From contig NC_090387.1 in assembly GCF_036365525.1 (NCBI RefSeq), positions 76,507,300 through 76,571,299 of the forward strand: a stretch of DNA of 64,000 nt, written 5' to 3'. This DNA comes from Heterodontus francisci. Taxonomy: Eukaryota. This document shows, one piece after another, positions 50,343 to 63,664 of the stretch; within the stretch, counting starts at the first letter, position 1, and every line of letters begins with the position of its first letter. The translations under genes and the position numbers were made by a program. The notes beneath the pieces were generated by a model. It had not been told where the DNA came from, searched no databases, and saw nothing but the letters and a program-made list of their open reading frames with translations.

Positions 50343-53300
50343 CTTGAAAGTTGATAAATCACCAGGGCCGGATGAAATCTACCCCATACAGTTAAAAGAA
50401 GCAAGAGAGGAAATAGCGGAAGGTCTGACAATCATTTTCAAGTCCTCACTCGATACAGATGTGGTGCCAGAGAATTGGAGAACTACTAACATTGTACCTC
50501 TGTTTAAAAAGGGAGTGAGGGATAGACCAAATAATAACAGGCCAGTCAGTCTAACCTCAGTAGTGGACAAATTATTGGAATCTATTCTGAGAGATAGGAT
50601 AAACTGTCACTTAGAAAGGCACAAGTTAATCAAGGATAGTCGGCATGGATCTGTTAAGGGGAAATCTTATTTGACCAACTTGATCGAGTTTCTGAAGAAG
50701 TAACAAGGAAGGTAGATGAGCATAGTGCAGTTGATGTGGTCTACATGGATTTTAGCAAGGCTTTTGACAAGGTCCCACATGGCAGACTGGTTAAAAAATA
50801 AAATCTCATTGGATCCTGGGAAATACAGCAAGGTGGATGGAAAATTGTCTCAGTGGCAGGAAACAAAGGGTAATTGTTAACGTGTGTTTTTGTGACTGGA
50901 GAGCTGTTTCCAGTGGTGTTTTGCAGGGCTCAGTACTGGGCCCCCTGGTTTTTGTGGTGTATATTAAAGATTTGGACGTAAATGCAGGGGGCATGATCAA
51001 GAAGTTTGCAGATGATACAAAGATTGGCCGTGTGGTAGATAGTGAGCAGGATAGCTGCAGGCTGCAGGAAGATATTTGATGATCTGATCAGATGGGCAAA
51101 AAAGTGGCAAATGGAATTCAATCCAGAAAACTGTGAGGTGATGCATTTGGGGAGGTCAAACAAGGCAAAGGAATAAATGATGAATGGGAAAATACTGAGA
51201 AGTGTAGAGGAAGTGAGGGGCCTTTTAGTAAATGTCCACAGATCCATGAAGGTAGCAGGACAGGTAGATAAGGTGGTTAAGAAGGCATATGAAATCCTTT
51301 CCTTTATTAGCCTAGGTAGTGAATACAAGAGCAAGGAGGTTATGATGGAACTGTATAATTCATTGGTTAGGCCACAACTTGAGTAGTGTGTGCAGTTCTG
51401 GTCACCTCCTTACAGAAAGGATGTAATTGCACTGGAGAGGGTACAGATGAGATTTACGAGGATGCTGCCAGGACTGGAAAAATGCAGCTATGAGGAAAAA
51501 TTGGATAAGCTGGGGATGTGCTCATTGAAAAAGAGAAGGCTGAGGGGAGATCTGATTGAAATGTGCAAAACTGTGAGGGGCCTGGATAGAGTGGAGGTGA
51601 AGGACCTATTCACCTGAGCAGAGAGGTCAGTGACTAGGGAGCATAGGTGATTGGTAGAAAAATTAGAGGGGAGATGAGGAAATACTTTTTCACCCAGAGG
51701 GTGTTGGGGGTCTGGAACTCACTGCCTGAAAGGATGGTTGAGGCAGAAACCCTCAACTCATTCAAAAGAAGTCTGGATATGCACCTCAAGTGCCATAATC
51801 TGCAGGGCCGTGGACCAAATGTTGAAATGTGGTATTAGAATGGGTGGATCTTTTTCAGCCGACACAGACACAATGGGCCGAGTGGCCTTTTTCTGTGCCT
51901 TAAACTTTCTATGTTTTCATGATTCTATGATTTACTAGTTTCTCACATTTGAAAAAATATTTTGCTTTTCTATTCTTCATACCCAAGTCGATACTTAATT
52001 ACACTCCATCTGCTATGTTCTTGCCCAATCACCTAACTGGTGTATATCCTTTTGCAGCCTCTTTTCATCGTCCTCAAAGATTACTGTCCCACCTAGCTTT
52101 TTATTATAAAGAACATGTGACATATTACACTCAGTCCCCTCATCTAAGTGACTAATATAGATTGTAAATGGCTGAGGCCCAAGCACTGATCCTTGTGACA
52201 CTCCACTATTTGCAGCCTGCTAATCTGAAAATGACCTGTTTAATCCTATTCTCTGTTTCCATCCATTAGACGATTCTAAATCCATGCTAATATAGTATCC
52301 CCAATCCCAAACCCTAATCTTGTGTAACAACCTCTTGTGTGACACCTGACTGAATGCTTCTGAAAATCCAAATATACCAGATCCACTGGTTTACCCTTAT
52401 TTACCCTGTCAGTTACATCCTCAAAAAACTCTAGATTTGTCAACATGATTTCCCTTTCATAAAACTGTATTGACTCTGCCTAACAATATTATGATTTTCT
52501 GAGTGCCCTGTTACCATGTCCCTTATAATAGATTCTAGCAATTTCCCTACTAATGATGTCAGGCTAACTCACCTATAGTTCCCTGTTTTCTTTCTCCCTT
52601 CTTTATGGACAGCTAGGTTACAGTTGCCACCTCCTAATCTCCTAGGATAGTTCTAGGGAATTCTAGAAGATCAAAACCAATGCATCCACTTTCTCTGCAG
52701 CCATCTCTTTTAAAACTCTAGGATGTAGGCCAACAGTTCCATGGGATCTGTCAGCTTTTAGTCTCATTTATTTCTCTTTCACTTTACTAATATTTATTAC
52801 TTTAATGTTCTCACTCTCACTAGGCCCATAGTTCCCCACTATTTCTGCTATGCTCTTTGTATATTCTACTGTAAAGGTAGATACAATACATTTATTTAAT
52901 ACCTCTGCCATTTCCTTATTCCCCATTATAATTTTTCCTGTTGTTGTCTCTAAGGGAACCATGCTTACTTTTGCTAATCTCTTCCAATATTTTATGTACT
53001 TGCAAAAGATTTTAGTCTGTTTTTATATTTTTTTCTAGTTTACTCTCATATTTTATTTCCTCCTTCATTATCAATTTCTGGTCATTCCCCCAATCTGAGG
53101 CTTACTACCATTTTTGGCAACACTGTAAACCTTTTCTTTTAATCTAATACTATCCTTAACTTTTCTAGTTATACACAGTTCAGCCACTTTTCCAGTGGAG
53201 ATTTTATTCTTCAAGGGATTGTATATTTGTTGAAAATAATAAATTATTTCTTCAAAATGTTTTTCGTTGCTCATCTACTGTCATATATTTTAAGCTCATT

Positions 53301-54129
53301 TTCCAATCTACCTTAGCCAACGAGCCTGTCATACCTACATAACTGACTTTGTTTAAATTTAAGACCCTAGTTTTCGACTTAACCCCATCACTCAAACTCA
53401 GTATGAAATTCTATCATATTATGATCATTCTTTGCCAGAGGATCTTTTGATTACTATTTAACCCTGTCATATTATGCAATGCTAAATATAAATTAGGTTG
53501 TTCTGTAATTGGTTCCTCGACATATTTTCTAGAAAACTTGATTGCATTTTATGAACTCATCCTCTAAGCTACAAAGAAAGATGTTACTGGATTGTAAGGA
53601 TTTACTTTTTAAAAAAGAAATATATTTTTTTTAAATCACAGAAATTTTTCATTTAACTTACCTTTTCAGTGTTGTTCCTCTGCTCTCTTCTGTTGATGCT
53701 CACATTGGAAAAAATATGCAAAACCAATATTTTTCATAATTTTCTTTAAGTGCAATGAGATAAACTAGTTACATAAGTATATACATATGCTTTTATTAAA
53801 TATAAATATTACATATATATGAAATAGTTTCTAAATGATCATGGCAACTGGTGGTTCATTCTGTATTATGTCAGCCTCCATGCCAGCATATGTTACCCAG
53901 TGGCATTCCTGCAGGAAGAGAACCTATTAGACTAATTTGCTGAGTTGAGGTGATCAAGCTTAAGATGGTACATTTATGTTGCACTAAAGTTTGACCCGAG
54001 TTTAGTTTTGACAGTGTTGAGAATAGATAGCACCTGGCTGAACTGCCCAATGATTAGATTTCTCTGCTCAGGCAAAGCAATATTCTCTTTTGCCAGCTTC
54101 CAATTGCTGGAGAAATTTCGATAATATTA

Positions 54130-56662
54130 AAGGTCAGGACAGAGAGCGTAAGCCACAGACTGAAAAGGAAGGCAAGAAAGCAAGAAATGGAGACTGGAAA
54201 TATAAGTAATCAGGACCAGAAATGGAAAAGATATAGGCTGGAATTTTGAGGGGTATATGACATTCAAGAAGAATAGAAAGCTAGGTAAGGTGAAGGGATA
54301 ACACTGTTAATCAGGGATGGCATTGGTGCAATACTTAGAGATGACCTTGGTTCAGGAGATCAGGATGCAGAATCAGTTTGGGTGGCGATGAGGAATAATA
54401 GGGGAAAGAAGTCACTAGTGGGAGTGGTCTAAGGGCTCCCTAACAGTAAGCACAATGTATGATGAAGTCTGCAAGAAGAAATATTAGGTGCCTGTGATAA
54501 AGGGATGGCAATAATCATGGGTGATTTTAATCTACATATAAACTGGAAAAATCAGATTGGCAATAGTAGTCTGGATGACGAGTAAATAGAATACTTTTGA
54601 GATAGTTTCTTAGAGCAGCAGATTCTGGAACCAGCCAGACAGCAGGTTATATTAGACTTGGTATTGTGTAATGTGACAGGATTAATTAATGATTTCAGAG
54701 TAAAGGCACCTCTAGGTAGCAACGACCGCAATATGATTGAATTTTACATCCAATTTGAAAGAGAGAGGAGTGTGTCTAAGATGAGTATTTTAAACTTAAA
54801 TGAGGGCAACTATGTGGACATAAAATCTGAGCTAGCTGAAGTGAACAGGGTTACTAGGCTAGAAGATAGATCAATAGAGAAGCAGTGGCAGACATTTAAG
54901 GGGATATTTCAGAATACACAAAATAAGTATATTCCTGCTGTAAAGAAAAATTCTAAGGGGAAGACCCACTATCCGTGGCTAACTAAAGAAGTTAAGGAAA
55001 GCATCAAACTTAAGGAAAAAGAATATAATTTTGCAAAGATGAGTGGCAGGTCAGATGATTGGTCAGAATATAAGAATGGCAGAGAATGACTAAAAGGTTA
55101 ATCAGCAGAAAGAAATTAGAGTATGAAAGGAAGCTAGCTGGAAATGTAAAAACAGATAGCAAGAGTTTCTACAGGTATTTGAAAAGGAAAAGAGTAAGTA
55201 AAGTGAGTGTTGGTCTTCTAGAGAGTGAGAATGTGGAGTTAATAGTAGATAATAAGGAAATGTTAGATGAAATGAACAAATATTTTGCTTCTGTCTTCAC
55301 TATAGAGGACACAAAAACATTCCAGTAATAGCTATAAATCAGGACGTGGAGGGAAGAGAGGAACTTAGTGAAATTACAATCACCAGGGAGGCGGTACTGA
55401 GCAAACTGATGGAGCTGCAGATTGACAAGTCCCCGGGTCCTGATGAACTTCATCCTAGGGTCTTTAAAGAGGTGGCTAATGAGGTAGTAGATGTGTTGGT
55501 GTTAATTTTTCAAAATTCATTAGATTCTGGAAAGGTTTCATCAAACTGGAAAGTAGAAAATATAACCCCTCTATTGAAGAAGTGGGGAGGCCAATTGGCT
55601 TGACATCTATCATGGGCAAGATATTAGAATCAATCATTAAGGAAATTATAGCTGGGCACATAGAAAAACTCAAGGTAATCAGGAATATTCAGAATGGTTT
55701 TGTGAAAGGGCAATCATATTTAACCAACTCATTGGAGTTCTTTGAAGGAGTAACATGCGCTGTGGATAAAGGGGAGCCCATTGACATACTGTACTTGGAT
55801 TTCCAGAAGGCATTTGACAAGGTGCCACATAAAAGGTTATTGCTCAAAATAGGAACTCATGGTGTAGCGGGTACATATTAGCATGGATAGAAGCAGCTGG
55901 CTGGCAGAAAACAGAGAATGTATAAATGGGTCCTTTTCTGATTGGCAATTGTGATGAGAGGAGTTCAGCAGGGGTCTGTGCTGCAGGCTCAACTTTTTGC
56001 AATTTATCAATGACATAGATGAGGGCAGCGATGGCATAGTAGCTAAATATGAAGATGAAACAAAGATAGGTAGGAAAGTATGTTGTGAAGACGACATAAG
56101 AAGGTTGCAGACCGATGCAGATAGGTTGTGAGTGGGAACAAATCTGGCAGATGGAATATAATGTGGGAAAATGTGAAGTTGTTCACTTTGGCAGGAAGAA
56201 TAAAAAAGCAGAGCATTACTTAAACAGAGAACGACCGCAGAATTCCAGGGTGCAGAGGGATCTGGCTGTTCTAGTGCACGAGTGTCAAAAAGTTAGTATG
56301 CAGGTACAGCAGGTAATTTAAAAAGTTAATGGAGTGCTATCCTTTATTACGAGAGGAATTGAAAATAAAAAGTAAGGATGTTATGCTTCAGTTATACAGG
56401 GTACTGATGAGACCACATCTCCAATACTGTGTGCAGTTTTGGTGTCCTTATTCAAGGAAGGATGTAAATGCATTGGAGGCGGTTGAGAGGCAGTTTACTA
56501 GATTGATACCTGGAATAAGTGGGTTGTCTTATGAGGAAAGGTTGGACAGACTGGGCTTGTTTTCACTGGAGTTTAGAAGACTGAGGGGAGATTGACTGAA
56601 GTATGTAAGATCCTGAAATGTCTGGACAAGGTGGATGTGGAAAGGATGTTTCCTCTTGTGGG
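54130..56662 (+). mobile_element. Degenerate CR1 ORF2 (APE-RT)
   Basis: ORFs 54658-56595 contain KSPGPDELHP, YLDFQKAFDKVPH and RPHLQYCVQFW. Confidence 0.88.
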
Positions 56663-58654
56663 TCAGTCCACCAGCGAACAGTAGCAGTAGTGTGTACCAT
56701 CTACAAGATGCATTGCAGCAACTCGCTAAGGCTATTTTGACAGGAGCAGACACACAGGAACATCACCACCTGCAAGTTCCCTTACAATCACACACCGACC
56801 TGACTTGGGACTATATCACTGTTCCTTCACTGTCGCTGAGTCACAAATCTGGAACACCCTCCCTAACAGCACTCTGGGTTTACCTAAACCACCTGGAGTG
56901 CAGCGATTCAAATAGGAGGATCATTATCACCAGTTCAAGGGCAATTAGGCATGGTCAATAAATGCTGGCTTAGCCAGCGGCGATCACAGCCCAAGAATAA
57001 ATTTTTAAAAAGCTACCCAACTTGCTGAGTGTATCCAGCATTTTCTGTTTTTTGTTTCAGATTTCCAGCATCCACAATATTTTGTAATTTAAAATTGCTC
57101 TTTGAATGGCTGCCCCTTGCAGAGGGAATGGTATTGGAGTGGAAAGCACTAAATTTGAAGTGCAGAAGCTCTTAAAGAGCTAGGTCACTTGAGGGAGGCT
57201 TATTAAATGGACAACATGGCTGTAACATTTCCCAGAACTTTCTCCTTCAGTGAGGACAGGTCTTAGTGTGGAGATTGCAGACTGTTGTCATTGAACTCTG
57301 GCAGAAAGGTGCAGCCCTGGTCCCACAGTCGCATTCTCCATGCACCTCCAAAGAGTTACGAATTCATTGACTATCGCAGGATGATAGCATCATATCTGCT
57401 GCTTGGAGTCATCTGCATTATTTAGTTTTCGTGGTCTGTGACCACCTGCCATTGATGGAATGAAATCCTTTTTGATTCATATATGCCACAGGGTTGTTAT
57501 TGGCCCCTAGTGGTAACACAGGAACCATCAATGAGGCCATGCACCATTAGAAACCCAACAGAATTGCAGACGTGTTGTGCCCTCTGCGTGCTATTGGGTA
57601 AGTGATCAATATGCTCCCTTGGCAAACAAGTCATCAGCCTAAAGGAGCAGTGTATGGACAGCTAACTATTCTGGCAAATGTCACTAATAGTGGCTTGAAA
57701 TGAGATGGTATCAAATAATTTCAATGCGGTAGTGACTTTGACTGCCACAGGTCAATGTTGCAACAAATATTTATCAGCCAATTAACATACCTGAACAGGA
57801 TTGGATGAACAATTTCAACTTTGGCATTTGATATAAACTGATATTCTACTTCTCCCTCCACAGCACTGGACTTATTTTATAACATTGTGCTCAATATTCA
57901 ATTTCTGTAACAGCACTCAGCTAAATCCAAACTATAATGAGTAGTGTGAGAGGAATTTAATTGCTAGGCACTGTCATATTTGTGCTGTGCGGGAGAAGGG
58001 ATCCTGATGGAAAGCACAGTAGAGCAGACTGTGGCTTTAACTGCAATAGCAGTAAGACCCTGTCACTAGGGTTGGGCAGATCCTCGCTTCATCAACGCCC
58101 ATCTGGATCTAATGCTGTAGGCTGTGAGGGAGAGGAGGGAGGTCTTCTTCATGAAGGGGTACAGGAGGAGGCCACCTCATTGTGTAGCAGGGGCACCTCT
58201 CTGTTTAGTGTTATCCCCCTCCATCCCTCTTTCTCTTCCTCACTTACCTCCTACTCCTCCCCCGATGAACTGTCTCCTTCCAGAGCCTCACTGTCCTCAA
58301 GGTCCACATCTCTCCGGAGGGTCATGTTATGGAGAGTGCAACAGATCACCACAAGACTGAGACCCTTTGAGGAGGGTATTGGAGGGTACCACCCAACCAA
58401 TCCATGCACCGGAATTGCATCTTCAGTTATGCAATAGCCTGCTCAATGGTTGGCCCGCTGAGCAGGTGTTTATTTCACCTCTGTGCCTCTGTCTGGGACT
58501 TCCATAGTGGGATCAGTAGTGATCTCTTCAAGGGAATTCCCTTGTCCTTTTGGATCCATCCACACACTTTAGGGTTGGAGTGAAGTACTGAGGCAGCCTC
58601 GATTAGAGAAGGAAGAATCATGGTAGATGCCAGGAAAGCAGACATAGCGGAAGC

Positions 58655-59597
58655 TCTTCTGTGGAGAGAGAAGCAGAGTTAACGTTTCAGGTCTGTGACC
58701 TTTCCTGTAAGGACTCCATTCCATTCTCTCAGTTTCTCCATCTCTGATGCATCTGCTCTGATGATGCAACCTTCCACAACAGTGCTTCTGATATGTCTTC
58801 CTTTTTCCTCAACCGAGGATTCCCCCCACTGTGGTTGACAGAGCCCTCAACCTTGTCCGGCCAATTTCCTGCACTTCTGCCTTCACCCCTTCCCCTCCCT
58901 CCCAGAACCACGATAGGATTCCCCTTGTCCTCACTTTCCATCCCACCAGCCTTCACATCCAAAGGATCATCCTCCCCTATTTCCGGCACCTCCAGCGTGA
59001 TGCCACCACCAAATGCACCTTCCCCTTCCCTCCCCTGTCAGCTGTCTGAAAGGATCATTCCCTGGTCCACTCCTCCATTAGCCCTGACACCTCGTCCTCT
59101 TCCCATGGCACCTTCCCATGCAATCGCAGGAGACCAAACGCAGATTAGGTGACCGCTTTGCAGAACACTTCCACTCAGTCCAAAAGCATTATCCCGAGCT
59201 TCCGGTTGCTTGCCATTTCAACACTCCCCCCTGCTCTCATGCCAACATTCCTGTCTTTGGTCTGCTCCAGTGTTCCAGTGAACGCAAGCTCAAGGAAAAG
59301 CAGCTGGTCTTTCGATTAGGCACTCTACAGCCTTGCGGACTGAACATTGAGTTCAATAACTTTAGAGCATGACTGGCCTTTTATTATATTTTATTTTTAA
59401 ATTATGTACCTATTTTTCATGTAATCAGAGCTGCTCATTATTCCGGTATTAACGCTCTCTGGACTAATGCTTTAGGTCACAGACTGAAATGTTATCTTTG
59501 CTTTTCTCTCCACAGATGCTGCCAGACCTGCTGAGTATTTCCAGCATTTTTTGAATTTGTTTCAGATGTTCAGCATCTGCAATATTTTGCTTTTGTC
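58655..59597 (+). mobile_element. Penelope-like element fragment
   Basis: FLNRGFP...RIPLVLTFHP...ETKRRLGDRFAEH...PVACHFN, with flanking gatgctgccagacctgctgagt terminal repeats. Confidence 0.75.
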
Positions 59598-59844
59598 TTA
59601 GAGGAAGCACTTGTTATGGTCACAAACCAGTTGGATGTTGAGGGATTAGAAGCTCTTCCTGTTGATAGATCTCACTGGCCGGTTGCTGGGTGCCATGATG
59701 GCCACATGGGTGCAAGTGATGATGCCCTGCACCTGGGGGAATCTAGGGATGGAGGCTCGACTCAATGCTCTCAGTATTTGCTCAGGCCTATCTGTGTCGA
59801 AATGGATGTAGTTCGCATTTCCTGAATATGGCATTTGTGACCTC

Positions 59845-60737
59845 TGTAACGACCAGGTAAGAAAGGAGTCGAGAGTTCCCTCTTAGCCTTCACCTGGTCT
59901 TAACATAACAGGGTTTAATTTTAAACACACCATGTTTTATCTCCCCCCTGGTGAATCCTTGTTCATTGCTTTCCAATTGTAAGGCAAAGAAACCAGCCAA
60001 ACAGGTTTTCTTAGGTTTAAAGAAGAAAGGTTGAACTTTCTTAAACTTAAACCCTAATTTGGTTAACACTTACGGAAACGCGACACGCTTGGCTAGCATG
60101 CATACGCAATACACACATGCAGATAGAGACAGAAAAGAGCAGCAGAAATAAAGTGGAAATGTTTGAGGCAATATCTGAAGATGGTTTTGGTTACTGATCT
60201 TTGAGCTCACTGTAGAGTCCTTGATTGTAGGTAGGTTTTGCTTTTTGTTAAGGCCCAGTATTCTTCTTAAATCTTGTTCAATGTAGGAGACTTTTCTCTC
60301 TTGAGGTTCACATGTCTTCACAGGGTCCAGAGGCTTGTGAGAAAGAGATGGGAGCAGACAGGAGAGGTCTTCTCAGTCCAGGAGCAAACAGTCTCTGTGA
60401 GTTCAAACTGTCTGTCGCTAGTTCAAAACAAAACCTGGACTAGCCAGTTGGTTTAATTAGTCCAGGTTTTGTGGATTGTTTCATCTTAGCAGTCTCTGGA
60501 ATGCTCTTCCTTACATCTTCAATGTCTGGTGATCAAAATCCATTGTGGGTTAAGTGGACCAGGGAATAGTCCATTGTCTCCACAGGCACTGTCTGTTAGT
60601 ATACAAATGCCCTTTCAGCCAAGTGTCTGGTGATTTTTTTAACAAGTCCTTTCTTCACTCCAGCAACAGTTTAAAATCAATGTTCATATGACAAAATTAA
60701 TATGCCTCATTCTTGGCAGGTGGGGGCCTCCATGACA
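59845..60737. mobile_element. Solo LTR
   Basis: TGT...ACA termini with a perfect 4-bp TSD CCTC (59841-59844 and 60738-60741). Confidence 0.85.
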
Positions 60738-61759
60738 CCTCCCTGATGGTGTGATGAGCTACTGACTGCTCAATGGAACCTAGGTTAACAGCTGATCCCT
60801 GGAATGACCTGGTTTCATAGAAATTCAGGATGACCGTGACCTTGACGGCTGCAGGACGGTGCCATGGGGGCTGTGAGGCCTCAGGTCATTGTGGATCAGA
60901 GCACACAGGTCCAACACCATCTGCCTGGATAGGCACAAGTTCCTACAGCACTGGTGCTCTGTCATTTGCAGGTAACTGACTCTTGGCTATGCACCCGATG
61001 TTCTGGGTCACACCATCCTCCCCTTGCAGCCTCCTGCTCTGCTCCTCTGGTCTCCTGCACTCTGGGGAGGTTGCATCTGCTGCAGATCATCCTAGCTGCT
61101 CTGTCCAATGTCAGAGTAGCTTGTTCCCATCCGAACTCCCTCAGCTGGGCGTTTGCATTCACCAGGCCTTCCCTGCCAACCATAGCTGCCCAAGTGATGC
61201 CAGTGGCCTCACGTCCCTCTCTGGATTCCTGCCACTCACCACTGAGAAAAGCAAGACTTACACTTGCAGCAATGGCCATTCTGTGGCACTTTTGAAGCAG
61301 CTTCACTTTCATTCGTGTCTCTGCAGTATTTTAATCAGCCCTTCCCATATCTCTCATGACCCCCACTGTATTTGTGACTTGAATACCCTGTTGTATTCCC
61401 CACATGGCATTCTCCATGTTCCCAGCTTATAAAATGTAAAAACTATTGCAGAAAAGCCTGTAATGAGCTGTCTAGTGAGCTCAATAAGCACTTAATTGGA
61501 AACATGCACCTGACCGGTTCCCTCCTGGCATCCCTTTAAAAATGACGTTGCGTTCCAGAGGCGATGGCTCCCAGTGCCAACCTTGAGAATGCAATCTTCA
61601 AATTGCACTTGCCTCTGCACCTGCACTCAGTGCGCTTTAAAAATCAGGCCCAATATCTCTTATGTGGCTTTTTGTCAAATCTTGTTTGGTAATGCTCCTG
61701 TGAAGCACCATGGGACACTTCATTATGACAAAGGCACTACATAATGCAAGTTAATGAAA

Positions 61760-63040
61760 GGAAAATACTGCAGATGCTGGAAATCTGAAATAAAAACAGA
61801 AAGTGCTGGAAATACTCAGCAGGTCAGGCAGCATCTGTGGACAGAGAAGCAGAGTTAATGTTTTTGATCTGTGACCTTTCATTAGAACTGGCAAAGATTA
61901 GAAAAGAATCAGGTTTTAAGCAAGTGAAGGTTGTTGGGGCGGGTGGGGGGGGGGGTGGTGGGTGAAGGGAAGTGAAGAGAACAAAAGGGGAGGTGTGTGA
62001 TTGGGCAGAGGGCAGGAGAGATTAAATAATAAAGCTGTCCTGGGACTGAGCAGAGGTGTTCCGCAAAGTGGTTACCTCCAGCGTGATGGCACCACCAAAC
62101 ACATCTTCCCTTCCCCTCCCCTGTCAGCATTCTGAAGGGATCGTTTCCTCTGTGACACCCTGGTCCACTCTTCCATCACCCCTGACACCTCGTCCCCTTC
62201 CCACAGCATCTTCCATGCAATCACAGGAGGTGTAATACCTGCCCTTTTACCTCCTCTCTCCTCACCATCCAAGGCCCCAAACACTCCTTCCAGATGAAGC
62301 AACAATTTACTTGTACCTCCTGCAATTTAGTATACTGTATTCACTGCTCACAATGCAGTCGCCTCTATATTGGGGAGACCAAAAGCAGATTAGGTGACTG
62401 CTTTGCGGAACACCTCTGCTCAGTCCGCAAGCATGACACCGAGCTTCCGGTTGCTTGCCATTTCAACACCCCCTCCCCTGCTCTCATGCCAACATTTCTG
62501 TCTTTGGCCTGCTCCAGCGTTCCAGTGAACATCAACTCAAGCTTGAGGAGCAGCACCTGATCTTTCGATTAGGCTCTGTACAGCCTGCAGACTGAACATT
62601 GAGTTCAATAACTTCAGAGCGTGACTGGCCTTTGTTTATATTTTTATATTTTTTTAAATTTCGTTTTATTTTATTTTTTAAACACACGTCTGTTTTTCTT
62701 GTAGACAGAGCTGCTCATTATCCCACTATTAACACACTCTCTGGACTAATGCTTTGTCTTTCACCACAAGCATTAACACACCCTTTGCTTTTGTCCCAGG
62801 ACAGCTTTGTTATTTAATCTCTCCTGCCCACTGCCCTATCAGACACCTTCCCTTTTGTTCTCTTCACCTCTCCCCCCCCCCCCCCCCCACCCCCACCAAC
62901 AACCTTCACTTGCTTAAAACCTGATTCTTTTCTAACCTTTGCCAGTTCTGATGAAAGGTCACTGACCTGAAACGTTAACTCTGATTCTCCACAGATGCTG
63001 CCTGACCTGCTGAGTATTTCCAGCACTTTCTGTTTTTATA
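61760..63040 (+). mobile_element. Penelope-like element with GIY-YIG endonuclease remnant and inverted terminal copy
   Basis: ORF 62294-62560 contains LVYCIHCSQCSRLYIGETKSRL. 61760-62070 is an inverted copy of its 3' part. Short terminal fragments also at about 12310, 13990, 24615, 31245, 41480 and 57015. Confidence 0.8.
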
Positions 63041-63339
63041 TATAATGCAAATTGCTGTTGTTGTTGGATAGTTTATGGAGGAATTTTGAACTGACCTGAT
63101 GATGTTCTTTTGTTCCTTTATAGAATGTCATTCATGGCAACTCTTAATACTATTAAGAGTATCAGCAAAGGACAAATATTGTTAAAAGTGGCTGCAGTCC
63201 CGCTTCACTATCTCAAAAGCTCAGGTGCTGTTCCTCGAGCTTGCGTTGATGCTCATTGGAACACTAGAATAGACCAGACAGAAATGTTGGCAAGAGCAGG
63301 TTCACTAGTTCACTATCTCCTTATTCTACTTTCGGATGA

Positions 63340-63550
63340 GGCGTGTTGCAGTTGCCATGGTCCAACAGTATTAAAGAGCTCCACCGCTGGCTGCCCCAGT
63401 GGCTGCAATTCCTATCCGGTCTTTCGGCGGCGCCGTTGTGGGAGACGTTGTTCTTGGTGGTGTGCCGGGTGTTGCCGGGAATTGTAGTTCTTCGGTAAGG
63501 CAGTGGGAGGCGGTGATCAGTAAGATTGGAGCAGCTGCTCCGGGGAAGGG
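63340..63550 (+). promoter_or_regulatory. CpG-rich promoter with ZNF143/SBS motif
   Basis: gggaattgtagt at 63477-63488 is the reverse complement of ACTACAATTCCC. RFX-like gttgccatgg at 63351. CpG density is far above the rest of the window. Confidence 0.7.
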
Positions 63551-63664
63551 ATGAGTTCTAAGAGGCTACGGAGCGCTCCGGAGAGTTGGGTCGGAAGGAA
63601 GAGGCAGCTAAAGAGGCGGGAGGTCGCAGAACTCAACCCGCTCCTGTTGGAAGCGAAGGAGCGA
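63551..63664 (+). CDS. Probable first coding exon of an unidentified gene (MSSKRLRSAPESWVGRKRQLKRREVAELNPLLLEAKER)
   Basis: ATG with G at -3 just downstream of the ZNF143 site, 38 codons, then a consensus donor CGA|gtgagt. Confidence 0.55.

Larger units (their letters stand above)
43355..51895 (+). mobile_element. Near full-length degenerate CR1 (ORF1 zinc finger and SGNH esterase; ORF2 APE-RT)
   Basis: ORF1 CxxC remnant at about 43755, esterase remnant IVRGDSIVR and ORF 47987-48283 (DGLHLN). APE from about 48430, RT 50345-51830 (KFADDTK), gattctatga tail. Confidence 0.88.
42645..53570 (-). mobile_element. Old CR1 split by later insertions (pieces at about 42645-43350 and 51900-53570)
   Basis: 3' end at about 42650. 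RT remnants SQGSVLGPQPFTIYI at 52013-52201, with upstream ORF2 remnants to about 53570. Confidence 0.75.
58290..61000 (-). mobile_element. Harbinger/PIF (HARBI1-like DDE) transposase fossil split by Penelope and LTR insertions
   Basis: Fragments VSYLQMTEHQC..LCLSRQMVLDLC (about 60900-60980), FPQVQGIITCTHVAIMAP...NRKSF*SLNIQLVCDH (59610-59740) and FPGIYHDS (about 58615-58640). Confidence 0.75.

Noticed and set aside
49978-50703. 241-aa ORF as a novel protein
   Set aside because: Chance fusion of solo-LTR sequence with CR1 ORF2 across the TSD.
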